The notes below the pieces were generated by a model that searched no databases, was not told the DNA's origin, and worked only from the letters and a program-made list of their open reading frames with translations. Below are positions 1-13,325 of a stretch of 64,000 nt of DNA, piece after piece. The stretch is from positions 226,886 to 290,885 of the forward strand of contig NW_002060955.1 in NCBI RefSeq assembly GCF_000150275.1, in the 5' to 3' direction. The stretch is from Trichoplax adhaerens (lineage: Eukaryota; Animalia; Placozoa). How positions within the stretch are numbered: the first letter of the stretch is position 1; every line of letters begins with the position of its first letter. Made by a program: the position numbers and the translations under genes.

Positions 1-2
1 GT

Positions 3-1991
3 CTATAATGCCACTTCGGTAGGTATTGAGCTACTTTCATCTTCGATAATAAAGCTTGAATCATCAACTTGACTTAAATCGACACTGTTATTCACACATT
101 CTTCATAGCTAGGAGGTGGTAAAGCCAAATACGCATTTTCTATGTAATGGAATAATTTGAAAAAGTAAATCTTAAAATACTTATTCTTTATAATGGTTAT
201 CACAAGTCGATGTCTGTGCTAAAAGTATACCTGCTTCAGTAATCGTTGATGATGAAGGCTCAGGACACAAATTGGAATCGATTTCTTGAAGGTTTTGAGC
301 ATAACGATCTTGTAGTCTTGCAGAAACTGTACCAATCACGACTGGAAAGGTTACTTGTATATTTTCATCATAAGGAATTACGACTGTTGCCTATCATTAA
401 TGAGATAGCATTGAGAATATATTATATAATCATATCCCGATAGTAATTTACGTGTCTTATCTATCACATCTAGCCCTTTAGAATGATCAGTCCCATAATG
501 AATATTGGACAAGGGAAGTTATACACCGAAAATAGAATTACATCATTATTCTAACCTTTAGTTGATAAGTTACAGATATAAACCGGCAACTCTTAATTGT
601 CGGAGGAAGAGCAGGAAGAGCAGATAATCGATCATTCCATTTATAAGTCTCCTGCGGTCCAATTGATTGATTCGATTGTGTTTCATAACATATAAAACTT
701 CTGTAGCAATGAATACCTATAATATAATTATTCTTGATCAGAGATCGCTCTTCAGTAACAGTATCTAAGGTATGTATTAAAGCAGCCTGAAAGCTATTTC
801 AGTCTCTCAGAACAATTTGAATACACCTTTTGCCTTCCAATGGACGTGACGAATCAGCGTAATTCGGATGCTACTTAATCTTCTAGATGATAAATTTTCA
901 CATTCAGCATCGATGATAATCTTTTCACCGGGGCAATAGCCGCTTCTATCGATACCAGCTCTGAGCTTAATCGGGCCTGACTGGCAACAACAACAGCATA
1001 AAATGGTTTCATTTTCTTTAAGACAAGGTGGTTGCTGTGAAAGAGAAAAACACCTTTTTATCAGCATATGATAGACAACAGTAGATGACGAATTTGGGTA
1101 TCCTGAAGGAGTTATTTTGTATCGTACGTGAAAGGTAATATCTAATAGCAGTATCTTTTATAATTTAACAATCAAGCCGATTATATATTTTAATTTTTAA
1201 AACATTAATCCACTATTATAGAGCATTAATAAAATTTCTGTTCAATCAAATTGCAACGTACAATTAAAGCAGGCCTATCGATACTGATCGATTCTAACAA
1301 GGCTATTGGTCGTTTGATGATTCGAGGGGATTTTCCAGTTCGATCTATGCTAGCTATCACGACATAACGAATACTACATTGACTAAGAAGTGAAAATGAT
1401 GATGGTATCCTAACTTCGGCCGAGAGAGAAAAATTAAATTCAAATTCATGACGACCAGCCGGTAGAAATGCGTCATTGCCATTAGTTTGACCTTCATCTA
1501 AGCCAAAGGAGGTTCGACAATTACAATCAAATTGAACAAAATTTCTATTCCAAAAACTAGATTAAACAGAGTAGCGAAATCTTCCCTATCATAATAATAT
1601 GTATCCTACGGTATCGTAGTTTATTATCTGAATTGTAACGACGTCTATCAAATAAGTAAGAATCGAGTAATTAAGAATATGAAATCAACTTATAAAAATT
1701 ACTGTTGCCCCATAAATTGATGGATCGATCCAAGTAGACTTCTTTTTCATTATAGCAATAGCCGCCACCGGGTTGTATCGCAACAGTACCATTGCCATGA
1801 TTAATGAATGGATTGCCATTTCTCATTCTAATGCATGTATTGGCTTCTCCATAGATTCGAACTCGAATACTACGAATCTCGATATCTTGGCTTACATGAA
1901 CAACCACAATACCATCAACAGATCGACCAGAAAAAAATATCGGTGGTTTTTTAGCAAATAGGATTTCGAAAGCAACAAGCTTCCTCATCAT
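3..1991 (-). CDS. Alpha-arrestin (ARRDC-like) paralogue 1; 6 exons: 1991-1703, 1497-1262, 1034-827, 716-556, 390-231, 139-3; ~396 aa; PPSY tail
   Basis: Manual splicing at GT-AG sites gives an open 1191-nt CDS. Motifs: IFFSGRSVDG, GRHEFEFNF...IPSSF...IRY, LCCCCCQSGPI, DRSGYCPGE, LPPTI, FPVVIGTV and LPPPSYEECV, all typical of Arrestin_N/Arrestin_C alpha-arrestins. Confidence 0.92.
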
Positions 1992-2165
1992 AATCTCGTT
2001 ATTGAATACGCTTAATTTTCTATTTTACAGGCTTTGGCTAATGCTGATAGTGCAAATAGTTCAACAGAGAAATAACTTGGTTATATCCAAACTTCATAAT
2101 ATTCCTTAAACCTTGAAAATACAATCAAAATTTAAATTTATTAAAACTAGATTTAGTTCTGTTTA

Positions 2166-2192
2166 TACGCCAATGTTTACGCCAATGTTTAC
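2166..2192. promoter_or_regulatory. 12-bp tandem duplication containing two CCAAT boxes and two TGTTTAC (forkhead-type) sites, ~180 bp upstream of arrestin 1
   Basis: tacgccaatgtt occurs twice (2166-2177, 2178-2189); TGTTTAC at 2174-2180 and 2186-2192. Function is inferred. Confidence 0.35.
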
Positions 2193-3089
2193 TGATTACA
2201 ATAATTCAGTTGTAAAATACGAGCACACTTATCTAATTTAATTAATCTCTAGATCAGCTCAGCAAGATTTGAGCTTTAAAACTCTTAGAATTCTGTCGTA
2301 TAGTACAATTTTGTATCTATTGATTTGAGAGCTTACTTTCAAATATTTATGTAGCACTGATTTATATTTCAATCGCTTATGCCAAATCTAAAATCAATAT
2401 TGAAGTATATTTCCTACAATATTTCTACTTCTGCTATTAGGAATACTGGAATTAGCCTGTCAACTTGCTATCTCGTAAAGAATTAAAAATGCGAACCTTA
2501 TTTTATTCAGACAGTCTCGACTAGAAAAGACATGGTAGACTAAATAGTCTCATTACACTGAATCCCATTTACATCAAGTACTAAAGATTGTCCTGTGAGA
2601 AACTATCATATTTGCATTAAGATGTGTCTTTGCAGTTTTAAAGCCATGACTTCGCTATTTAGTTTAGCGTGCGTCAACTCTAATAGTTACAGATGCTCAA
2701 TTTTATTCATTAGTTACGATAAAAATCATATATGATCCTTTTTAAATTTTAGCCTGTACTCTTTTTATAGGGTGGAATAATAAAAAACTAGGCCGGAGAC
2801 GAGATTTATTAATTTTATTTCAAGACAAATAGACTAGAAGCCGTGGCTATAGGACGATGCCTAAAACGATATTTCGACAGTTCATCTAGTTTTGGATTCC
2901 GAAAATTGTTCTATTCGTATTTTAATTAATCAGCAAATTCACACATAAATCGTCATTAACTGAGATTCTCAGTAGAGCATTTCTGTGCTTCACTTTATTA
3001 TTTATTATTATAGGCGTCGTTATCCTATAAGCTAGTGCATATATAATATATCATAGCTAATACTGTACTATACAGCAAAATCAATTAAG

Positions 3090-3115
3090 TTTACGTGATG
3101 ACTGTATCACGTAAA
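3090..3115. promoter_or_regulatory. Perfect inverted repeat carrying paired TACGTG/CACGTA (HRE/E-box-like) cores
   Basis: tttacgtgat-gactgt-atcacgtaaa: 10-bp arms and 6-bp spacer, in the divergent intergenic region between arrestins 1 and 2. Confidence 0.35.
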
Positions 3116-6100
3116 ATGATAGTTTTTGGAAAGCCTATATACTATTTACCTTAGAAGCAATAATTCTAAAATAAATATGATTAAGTATGGATGACGTTAT
3201 TAATAACTTATCAGATTGTTAGTAGATTACTTTATAAAGTATATGATCCAGTAATGTCTTTCCATAAAGGAGAGAACTACCGTAGTTTTAAAGCAATTTT
3301 AGGAACGTTTATATATTCTCCGGTCATTTATCTTGACTAAAAATAAAGTGATGTCACGAACTTCCATAGAGCGAACATTATATCATGGATTATTGAAATC
3401 AAGCTGTGACAGCAATCCTGAATAATGGTAGAAAATATTGTGGGCTAAATATTATGCTACTAGCATTGATTTTTTACCTTAAGCAATCTTAGCCTATTTA
3501 AATGAATAAGTTATTGTCAGGTATCCTGCGACGTACAACAACAATAAGACTGAAATTCACAGAATGGTTATCGAGAAAATAGATGCGTAATTTTTGGCTA
3601 GACGGGATGGCTATGGAATACGAGTAATTTGCTACGCAAACATTACGATTATATTTAGTATTGCCTTTTTTCAAGAGAAAAGTCATTTAAAGTGATAATT
3701 ACGGTATAAGGATTTTGGAATAACTGGTAAAATATCAACAAATGTAGACAAAAAGACCAAAACGCTAACTCCTATCAAGGGCAGGACATTAAGAGGACTT
3801 TAATCTATTATGAAGATTGATAATCCGTTCATTCGTCTATAGTCACATCAAACTCAGATATCAATGCCTATCATAATGACAGATTTTGTATGATATTATT
3901 AAATTACATGAGGATGAAAATAAAATTAAAATAGTTTTAGTTGGTAGTACCTTCATCGTCCATTGGATAGAACCATTTCGTGGATATTCTTCAAGCTACT
4001 AATCGATCAAAAATTCGCTCTCTAACTGTATAATCAAGCTGACGATTATTCTTAGCCTTTCTTATTCAACAATAATAATATTTTCAAGTTCTTCATTCGA
4101 TACTATTTATCAATGTAAAATGGCGTGAATAAACTAGTAGATGATAAATTCAAGCATTTAACATCTAAAGTCAACAAATTTCAACACTACAATCAATCGT
4201 AGCCTACGTATCAACTGATCAATATCCGTAATGTGGCAATCTTAGTCTACCCAGTGAGAAGTTACAGCCTACAAGCTTGTCTTGATGAATAATCTGGATG
4301 AAAAATAAAATTGTAGTGATAACTTTCGTCTTAGGACCGACTTACAACGTGACCAATAAGTAAAAGAAATAAGAATCTATACGAAGGCCGGCATTACCTA
4401 GTGACTCCATCATTTTATTGTCAACGTAGCAGTGTCTTCAGCCTTTTTGCCAATAAATTAAACTATAGTTTTGATTGATCAACCGCTCAATGGCTTATAT
4501 CGACTAAGATATGCCATGATATCTTCCAACACAATATAAGAATAGACTTCTAAACAATTGACTACCATTTTATCTAACAAAACAATAAACTAGTACTATT
4601 GCTATATTGTTCATTATGATAGATAAATACTGCGCAAGATCGCAATAAATTTCGAAGTCAATAAAAGGTCAACCTAGCCTATTTCTACTTATGATGAAAA
4701 CTTGGAGATTTTAATATAATATTCTTAATAGAATTTTGGCCACAACCGTGGCCTAGAGAAAAATAGACTACGCAGAGTTAAAATATTGTTCAAAACAAGT
4801 TTCATTCCTTAAATGGCTATCAAAGTTTATGTTTTAGTGAGTAGCATCTTGTCTAATACCAGTTCTAAAATTCTTTATTATTATCATACTCTTGTTCTAA
4901 TTTCATATTTTTTCTTCTAATACAATTTAATGATCAAATTGTATTCGACTCGTAATTTATCATTAAATTTCTTTGCATCTCCTGCTAGTACATTTCTGAA
5001 AGTATTTAATAGCTTCTAATTCTAGTAATATTCGCAATAGTATATAAATCAAAAATTTACGATTGCAGTAGTTTTAAAAGAATTTTCTTTTTCTACAACT
5101 AAACAGAACAGCAAACAACCTACATAATTAATCTAAAGGCCTTCAATGCCAGTACTTATCTAAATATACAGCTGTCTCTAATTATCAAAATGTAACCTTT
5201 TGTGAAGTAATATACCGTGCAAGCATACATTTTGCATGAAGAAAAAATAATGTTCTCTGGGTAGATAAGCTTATTTAGCAACTCGAATCATAGCCCAATA
5301 AATCATGCATAAATTTATTTACCTATTATACGTATAATATTAAGCCAGAAAAGATTACTACTTATAAGTCAAATTATCATTATTCAAGTGTCCGATGTTC
5401 ACTTGTTGTATTAATTCGTGAAAAATAAAAAATTTAGTCGAGAAAAAACAATTGATTTATCGCATCAACAAATACTGTAATGATAATGCTAAGAAATATA
5501 TCATGGACCCGTTAATCATTTGATGTCAAGTTAGTTGTGTTATTTTAGTCATTACATTTGTAGTGTTAACTTCTAAATACGGTATAGTCCATTTTTAGTA
5601 AAAGTATTAGTATTCACTAGACTGCAGCATAACTCTAAATATGTATGATCTCTATTTAACAATTTACCCTGAGTAAATATCTTGTACTCTAGCTAACTTA
5701 TACCGTAGCACTAGCTTAACATATAAGTAACCTATTTTTACGAATCATTCGTGCCTATAAATAATTTCCTTCTGCTTTGCTCCTAATATTATAAAAGCTA
5801 TCTTCTTTTGCCTATCTCGTTAGTTATTTCTGGTAGTTATACGGTAAGTTTGCACGCTTTACTTATTCTACACTACTATAGTTATTCGACTAGCTACGTC
5901 ATTACTCGCACGATAATCTTAGACGATTATTCTATTACACTAGCTCAATAAAGGTTACTCTTCCGTTAATAACTACTCTATTGTACTTTATAGCGACTAA
6001 TGCGGAACTGTTAACCTTCCGAAACATCACAACATTCAATTATATAATTTATTACTGTTACAAGTTAATATTCCAATTACGTAAAATTTCTTCGTGTTAA

Positions 6101-7765
6101 TTCTCATCGGGTTTGGGTTGAAGTTGTCATTACTCAGTTAACTTTTTGGCATAAATATAATTACATAAAGATAAATAACTGCAAGTTGTATTAATTATGT
6201 AATTATTAATAATTCAAATACTTCTTTAAGCACTACCGATAGGTCAAAGTGATATCTAATATAATTCCAGAGAGTAGATATGCCTGCTCTGATCGGATTT
6301 TCGCCTCTAGCTTTCTAGCCCTAAACTGTCGTATCTCATTAATTTTTTATTTGGATTACATTATAATCTAAGCTGTGTTTCCATTACTGATTGCTCAAGT
6401 GCTTTTCTAGGTGAATAACTCGTTCTATTCTATTAATTTCTCTTCCCTATCACTACCTATAATGTCACACCTCATTTGAACTTTCAGTTGCGGTAGCTTG
6501 TTAATATAGAACTTGCACTGCTGTGGAGGAGATTTGGTGGATAGCATTAAGCAAGTTTGATATAAGTTATAAGTACCAATTTAGCCTAGAAAATTGCAAT
6601 TATCGCCACTTGGCCGTTTCTTAAATGTACAGTAGTGTCTCTCTATTAATAATACTAATCGTAGTTTCCGTGATAGTTTCCTTTTAACAATAGTATAAAG
6701 ATGTACAGCAATCCACAATTATGCAGGACTACAAGTTTTGAAAACTATAAGCGAGTATGCAACCCACATAATTCTCATTTGCTTCATTATTGTAAAGTCT
6801 TTCATTGGCAATACCGCACCTGAATTAAAATAAATTGGCTAAAGATGATAATTTTATTTCAAATTTGCATGATAATATATATGATTTAAGCATGTAGTAA
6901 TATGATACCGTTAAGTACGGAGCGTAAATATATATTATAACGACTTGCGTAGAGCCAGTCAGTCAGTCATTAAGTCAGTTGCATAGCGGCTTAGTGATCA
7001 TCAGACGCTGAGCTGAACTCTTCACAAGATTAAGAGGAATATTATTATTGTCATCCCTCGAGGAAGACGTCGTAAATGTTTCAATAAAGTAATTAGATCT
7101 AATCACTGATGATTCTATCGGTGTGTTTTATTGATCTGTGAGCTCGGATAGTCGGAGTACCTTACAACCCCTTTCAGGCATTAACGTATCAGATACAAGA
7201 TTGTAACATATAGTATGCTTATCAGCGATTGAATACTTCGTCAGAATATTTGAAAATATCTATACATCGGATAAATTTTTATTAAAGATAATGGTGGAGT
7301 TACCTTATCTATAATAATTAGAACTTAATCTATAACAGTCAATCATCAAAATATAAGAATTCTATTCGTTACTGCGTTGAATAAAAGCATTTATAAGATA
7401 TTGGCGTACATAGTTTAGCTTATAATTACATAATTATTGATCACTCAAGGTTAAGAATAAATGGCGATACACTCGTATATACAGTACATGAGCCATTTTC
7501 ATATAAATCGAAGTTCTTATATCTAATGCTAGTTGCTTTGTTGACTAATACTATAGCACAAGCCAATATAAAGCTACAGTTTATGCTCAATATTGTTCAT
7601 AATAAAGTAAACATCATAGCTCTAGACCTTCTGGATAGGCTCCAAATATATTTTTAATTTTTTTTTCTCATATTCTCATTATAGTAATAGCAATATTGAT
7701 CATCTATCTATATGTCATATACACTTGAATGATAAAAATACAGCATTGGGCAATCGCAAAACCAA

Positions 7766-7773
7766 CACGTGAC
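7766..7773. promoter_or_regulatory. E-box (CACGTGAC) ~200 bp upstream of arrestin 2
   Basis: Canonical CACGTG with a GTCACGTG flank on the minus strand; reverse CCAAT (attgg) nearby at ~7746. Confidence 0.3.
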
Positions 7774-7964
7774 TAATTAAATCCACATTAGTTAAGGAGA
7801 GGCTCTTTTATAGACAAAGTTAGATCATGCTATGTTAGCCTATATTGCAACTAAATAGCTTCTTCAGTATCTCCTTTTAGATAGTGTACAAATTACTTAA
7901 GTGTTTTTACTAATAATATCATCCTCTTTCCCCTGAAATTGTAGCAAAATTGAGTAATACAGGA

Positions 7965-10833
7965 ATGATAAACAATACGTCAATCAAGCAATTTGAAATT
8001 TCATTGGGTACCAATCCGGCAGTCTATTTTCCTGGTCAAGCAGTTAATGGCAAAGTGATATTAGATTTAGAAAGGCAAATCAATATTGCAAGTATTCAAG
8101 TTCAGTGCTTAGGTTTCAGTAGTTGGAACGTACATCGAAGAACTAGTGCACGACATCATCACTGCGACATCAACTCTAGAAAGGAAACTTTCATCGATGA
8201 TAGCGAAACTTTATGGGAAAATGGTAAGGACTAATAAAGAATAATATGTCTGCTTTTAGGGTTCTGTTAATACCAAGTTTTGATGAAGTTGTTCAATTTC
8301 ATCTCTTAAGTAAACGTTCTGCAGTGTTGCAAATTTTATATCCACGTATACAGCAGCAAGTATAGAACCATAGTCGTACTTGAAATCCATGAACTATTCT
8401 TAACCATTCAAATTTTACCTCGAAGTAATATTTACATTTTATAGGAGTCATTAGTGTTTTTAGAGAAAACTTCGGTCCTTTTATCTAGCTTTTGAGTAAA
8501 ATGAATTGATCTTGTTTAAACTATCGATTAAGCATTTCAACAAACATTTTCTACTTTAAATCTCAAGGTGGCTATCGTATTTGTTAACATTACGATCATA
8601 TACTGTATGTATTCTAGATAGCTATTTTATGCAAGTGGACGACACTAAAAGTGGATATCTAGGATTTTCAACTAGTTTCAATGCTCTACTTGTGCATTAC
8701 GAAAGAATCATAGTATACTGTTATATAAAATAAAGCACTATGAAGTGTAGAATATTCCGTAGTGCTTAATAGTTATTGTAGATTAGGGATTGCAATTTCA
8801 TGCATCACAGTATATTTAATAGGAAGTGACCATGAATAACATTTCCTGTATTTCTGACATACATAACAATGATATACAGCAATCTTATCGACATTGACAG
8901 TCGATATTTGTGGTCTGTAACTAATAGTAATTTTACCCTTCCTGTTTTATATCATAACATACTATTGATCAGTTTCATTAAATGAATGACCGTTCTTATG
9001 GAATCAGTAAAATAGAGTATAGCTATATCTAGCCTATAATAAATTGCTGTATAATATGATTAATCTATCATTGAATTCGTTCTGATCATAATGGGTAATT
9101 TATGATTTCAAAAACTTTAAAAATTACTATTCCATAGAAATACTGACGATCAGATACCATCATACTAATTTTAAAATTAAACTATTCCCTAGGAATTGAT
9201 AAATCATCAGTAATAAGTTATAAATGAAAGCCTAACGTCACTTATATCTATTTTAGTGGAGGGAAATTTGCAAGAAATGCCAGTAGGACAATATGAATTT
9301 AATTTCAACTTTCCACTGCCTATTGATAAAAAATTACCATCATCTGCTGAACTGATGTGGTATGACAGCCGTATTCGCTATTGCATTATTGCAACTCTCA
9401 ATGATAAAAAGAAAAAGCTATATCGAACCGTAAAAGTCTTTACATTTTTAGAAATTATTGATGTAAATCGCCCACAATTTAAGGTAAATATTTAAAACTC
9501 TTAATTCCTAACAGATACAGAGTCTAATTAACCAGTATCAGCCCACAATAGGCCATTACTAAATCCAATTTAATAACTTCGTTTCCTTCATCATGTAAAC
9601 CTGATGAAAATCATCTCTTCCTATTTGAACTATGAAAACTTTTATTACTCTATAATTCCAAGGTTACTAACTGTATGGTATTATAACTGATTCTAATCTT
9701 ATATTAGTAACATGGCAAAAGTGAAATAATGTCTTATCATAATAATAGTTACACAAAGATTTAAATAGAAAAGAAATAATTAGAATCTGAAGATAATATA
9801 CCATAGTAAAAACTAATGCAATAACATTTCACATATAAATCTGCCTTATTGTAGTGGCAAAATTCGTATAAAATCTAATTTATCTTATTCAATGAATCAT
9901 CTTCATAAAATAGGCACCTCCACCGCTAATCGAAGTTGAAAATACTTCATGTTGTTTATGTTATCAATCTCTACCTACACTATTAACGATATCTACTGAT
10001 CGATCTGCATATTGCCCTGGAGAAAGTATCAAATTTGAAGTTGTTTGTGATAACATGACATCCAGTAGAATTAAGTATATAGCAGCTAAACTTGCTCGGA
10101 CAACTGATTTACATGTAGGAGAACGTAAGGCAACTATTTAATTATATAAACTTAAACCTGAATTGAAAATAGAGCAGTGTCAAGAATCGTTTCATAATGA
10201 TCTATGACTGGGTTGCATAATGGCAAATACTTTATTCATAGGTACTTTTCTACACGTTCGACATTATTACAGTGAAGTTCGTTCAACAGAAGAAATAACT
10301 GGAGGTCAATCCTTTACTTGGCATGAAGCATCTATGAAAATACCTTCTTTACCTCCGTCAATTAAATCGAATTTTATCACTGTTTCATATGAATTATTGG
10401 TTAGCAGAAATTTTGCTGAATCTATATTGGAATTAAATTTCTTGGTAGTTTAAATATTCCCATTTTTTTCCGGCTTTTATGATACAGATTATCGCGAAAT
10501 TTGTCCACAGTCCAAATCAATTAGCTTCTGCACCGATCACTATCGGTAGCATTCCGTTAAATTTGCAACCAGATCCAAGCCCTCCGGCATCAGGTAAGTA
10601 TATATTTATTTACTGTATAGAATAGCATCTCTATAACATAACGGTATTCAATTAGCTTAAATACTATCAGATAGATAGACCACATAATATCCGGTTTATT
10701 TCCATTCCTTTTCGTAGACGTAAATAGACTCCAATCTGCAAATGTCGTCTTTGAAGGATGTGTTGATGATTGCGAAAGAAACATTAATTCGAAAAATAAA
10801 TTTAAACCTTTTTATCCAGTCGCTAGAATATGA
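7965..10833 (+). CDS. Alpha-arrestin paralogue 2; exons 7965-8223, 9257-9483, 9914-10124, 10242-10399, 10488-10593, 10718-10833; ~358 aa; no PPxY
   Basis: Spliced 1077-nt open CDS. Motifs: VYFPGQAVNG, GQYEFNFNFPLP...LPSS...IRY, SCCLCYQS, DRSAYCPGE, IPSLPPSI, PITIGSIPL, FKPFYP. Confidence 0.92.
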
Positions 10834-13325
10834 GTTTATAATGGAAAGATGAAAGCTTTGAGATATTGACAGTAATCAAATTACTAAAAAATTTTCATTA
10901 TAATTTAAGTAAACTATAGATCCTCTCCATAAGCACATTTTGGATACAGAACATAACTTATATTACGGCAATATTTTAGAATCTTAATTATTTAATTCAC
11001 AGTGATATAACGAATCACGCTTTGTTAACTCTACCGAATATAACATTTTTTATGGCCATAGTTTATTAGCTTTTATCTAAAGTATAGCTGTTTAGAGATT
11101 CTACTGCACCAATATACTCGATACCTTCAGTATTACACTGTTGCTAAAATGAAAATTACGAAAAACGCTATTATAAATAAGCATAGCTGTCAAGCTTGAA
11201 ATCTATCATGTTAATAGAATATATATATATAATATAAAATTCAGAATGAATTTTACTGAATCTAACCAAATTTCTTGTACAATTCAATTTAATAACTGGA
11301 ATTAATAACCTTGACATTACTGATGTCATTGCTATTAAATTATATTTGCAATAGCCATCGACTCCATCAGCTGATAATAATTAATCGATACAGATGATCC
11401 AATTAGTTGCTATCGCCATTTCTACATTCTATTAAAGTTATAAAGTAATTGCTTAACTAATATTAAATTAAAGTCTAGGCAATCAACGCAATCACCAAGA
11501 ATTTTGGCGATTTTATTTTGCGCATAGTTAATCGCCTTAAGAAACCTTGTTTAATTTCAGTATCAATTTGTGTCCAATGTACTTATCTAAAGTCTTCGTT
11601 ACACATACGTATGTCCAATAAATGATAGCACGATCTTGATAGAATAATTGCATCGAAAGAGCTACATCTTCAGCTAACGCTAACAAAGAAATTTTAAATT
11701 TGGAAGCCCCTCAAATCTCTATTACATAATTAATATTACTTCTAACTTATATTTTAACCGTTCATATAATTACCGAAGAAATGCTTATCTAATAACATAC
11801 AGCGTTTAGTGTCACATTATGCAAGTCTATAAAACTAAATACCTGATGATAACCTGATAATTACTTTCTCACTTAAAATCTATCATTAGTCTTAGAAATT
11901 ACAGAGTACTAAGGATATAGTAGTAAGAGCATATTGAATCGAGATAAGTAATCAAGATACCGACCAACGTTAACTATACACTTGTATGGCAAAGCGCTAA
12001 TTACCAATTCTTCAGAAACCTTTCATTGTATAATATAACTTAAAAGTATATTTATAATCTTCTTCATCTATTTAGTTGCTCATGTCCATTTGAGTAAGCA
12101 GTGATTAGCAATAGATTTTTTAGAATCTTACTGGATCTATTTCGTTGCATACCTATATAGCAGTACTACACCAAGTCATATAACCCACATATGAATAAAT
12201 ATTTCTACATACTGCCGATGCGACGTTTTATTATATTAATCACAATATACGTTAGATATTGCGAGCATAAACGTAATATGTCATATCATCTTACCAGTTT
12301 AAGTCAAGCTTCTGCAAAAAATATAGAACTGCCGCAAGTAATGAAGCTTTATTAGTCTTTTATTCATTACAATTCACAATTGAAACACATCTTTGTTAAT
12401 TTCAAATAATTAGTTTAACGTATCTAGGAGAAAACTTTCCAATCGTAGACATTAATCCTACAAGCATAGATATATATTTAATAGGTCATTCACAAAATTA
12501 AAGTCCTCTTTCTTAAGATCTTTTCATCACTAAACATTTTAAGCCTCTTCTAATAATTTCACTTGATCACCATATGTAATATTGCACTCGAATCTCCCAA
12601 GTTAGCTTACCAGTCAATAGTTATTCCGCCTTTTTATCTTTCAAGATCTCGTTTAATACTGCAGCATTGATGACTATTCTACAGTTCATGGATAAGCGTG
12701 CTCATCCATATTATTTCGGAGGTGATAAGTAGCTATAAGATCTAATTTAGTCCATTCATCATTAAATTGACATTGTCCTACGAGTAAATAGTATTTATTA
12801 TTTTGGACTGGCTTATTCAGTTAATTTAATGCCTTTACGACACAATGGCTTGCTACTGTTTACATAATAGCTGATTAAACTGTAATTAAATGTGTACCTA
12901 CGTCTATAAGATAAACGGAATCGAATAATCACCAATATCGTTAAATAGCATCGAGAGCATTACAATTCAGAAAGAATCTAATACCATGCTCTACCGTACA
13001 GTAAATTATCTTTAATTTTAGTTTTAGCTTCGATATTTTCATTAAATTCGAGCATTACCGATGAACCTGTTGCGCACTTGCTTATTTTCCTGTGATACCC
13101 TGTAAATTCTTGATGATAAGCGAATGATCTATAAACAATTATTCAAATCAGCACCAATTAAATACTATATTTATTTCTGATAATTGTTTTGCCTATTATT
13201 CAAAATAATATCATGCCACTACTTTTATAATGATAATTGTTGTTGATATAAAAGCATCAGGGCAACGTAATTAAAGCAGCAAAGCCCTAGTCGTAACAAC
13301 AACTAATTTGGACCGTAATAGGAAA

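Noticed and set aside
246-443. Plus-strand ORF (similarly 1773-1961, 21517-21738, 22910-23143, 34074-34262, 35799-35999, 43320-43511)
   Set aside because: Antisense or alternative-frame shadows of real exons.
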